Shown: positions 63,483-64,000 of the stretch, in pieces
Layout of the letters: the number at the start of each line of letters is the position of its first letter
Numbering within the stretch: position 1 is the stretch's first letter
Assembly: GCA_044373115.1 (NCBI GenBank)
Contig: JBILQQ010000002.1
Coordinates: 64,081-128,080 of the forward strand
Origin: Flavobacterium sp.
GTDB lineage: Bacteria > Bacteroidota > Bacteroidia > Flavobacteriales > Flavobacteriaceae
Direction: 5' to 3'
Length of the DNA: 64,000 nt
The notes under the pieces: model-generated
What the model saw: only the letters and a program-made list of their open reading frames with translations
What the model was told of the DNA's origin: nothing
Database searches by the model: none
Translations under genes and position numbers: made by a program

Positions 63483-64000
63483 TTACTTTGATTTATCGCC
63501 CACAAAATAATCATTTGTACTTTTAAATAGCACGTTAAATGTGGTCAAACTACCATAAATCCTAGTTATATATTGCTGTAAATCAACCTTATCGGCATCA
63601 TCCAAATTACTCGAATTAATTTTCTGTTCCATCACTCGCAATCGATCTCTAACCATCACAATTTTATGAAAAAAAGTGTCAATTGGAACCTCTTTATTTG
63701 CCGTTGCAGTTCCAGGCTCCAAAACTAATTTTCCGCCTTTCCATTTATCGGCTATAGGCACAATTTGCGACACATCCGACCATTTTTGCAACACATTTCG
63801 CAAGGTTCGCTCTACTTCATAAAAACTAACCGTATCTACTTCATCCTCAATCGCTTCAATAACTTCAAATGAAGCGTCAATTTCAATAGTTTCCAAACCC
63901 GATTCAACAAAAGTAACCCAATAATGCTTCGATGTGACATTCGTTACAACCCCCACGCCCAATTCTGGATGTTTAATTCGTGAGGCAATTCCTAAAATTT
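63483..64000 (-). CDS. Partial CDS (C-terminal part; open beyond window end), unknown function
   Basis: The frame stays open upstream of the listed TTG at 63962 (own reading ...ILGIASRIKHPELGVGVV...) to position 64000. Confidence 0.5.
   Translation of the reverse strand, partial: ILGIASRIKHPELGVGVVTNVTSKHYWVTFVESGLETIEIDASFEVIEAIEDEVDTVSFYEVERTLRNVLQKWSDVSQIVPIADKWKGGKLVLEPGTATANKEVPIDTFFHKIVMVRDRLRVMEQKINSSNLDDADKVDLQQYITRIYGSLTTFNVLFKSTNDYFVGDKSK

Noticed and set aside
1-64000. Search for tRNA, rRNA, riboswitch-like leaders and integrase/att sites
   Set aside because: Intergenic regions are short (mostly under 230 nt). None showed cloverleaf-compatible or rRNA-like sequence, or a conserved riboswitch core I could recognise by eye. 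A proper tRNAscan or Infernal run would be needed to exclude them formally.

Overview
Low-GC bacterial chromosome segment, most likely Flavobacteriia (inference from AT-rich sequence, three proteins with T9SS C-terminal sorting domains, BshA, a fused E1 alpha/beta dehydrogenase and TAnnTTTG-type promoter boxes). No rRNA, tRNA, CRISPR array, integrase or complete IS was seen, and nothing looks like a known defence system. Layout: (a) 0.2-12 kb, minus strand, is a short-chain acyl scavenging locus: porin, an MFS transporter with a large loop insertion, a small membrane ORF, a sodium:solute-symporter-fused histidine kinase, a receiver-only response regulator, a propionyl/acetyl-CoA synthetase paralog, acs and an AraC regulator. 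(b) 12.1-25.5 kb is an accessory-looking, higher-GC plus-strand island. It encodes a CoA-dependent salicylate(-like) to gentisate pathway: flavin reductase, a fused FAD-monooxygenase/OYE protein of the SdgC type, an aryl-CoA ligase, a hotdog thioesterase, gentisate 1,2-dioxygenase, an FAH hydrolase, maleate isomerase, and a nitrilase. AT-rich non-catabolic passenger genes interrupt it (DUF4265-like + KilA-N; WG-repeat + RCC1/T9SS), and a lone InsA-like Zn-ribbon/HTH gene flanks it. (c) 25.5-64 kb is mostly housekeeping: ung, mutS2, aroC, bshA, glmM, an LptD-like protein, an amidase, MlaD, ClC and others. The most interesting non-coding signals are a five-copy structured intergenic repeat family that always sits after a stop codon in the transcribed orientation and shows compensatory stem changes, and a 28-nt GC-rich motif present twice at the 5' ends of two island genes, in one case translated as an N-terminal extension. 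The spacers between island genes also carry short word repeats. All functional calls come from reading the supplied translations for motifs; no database search was possible.
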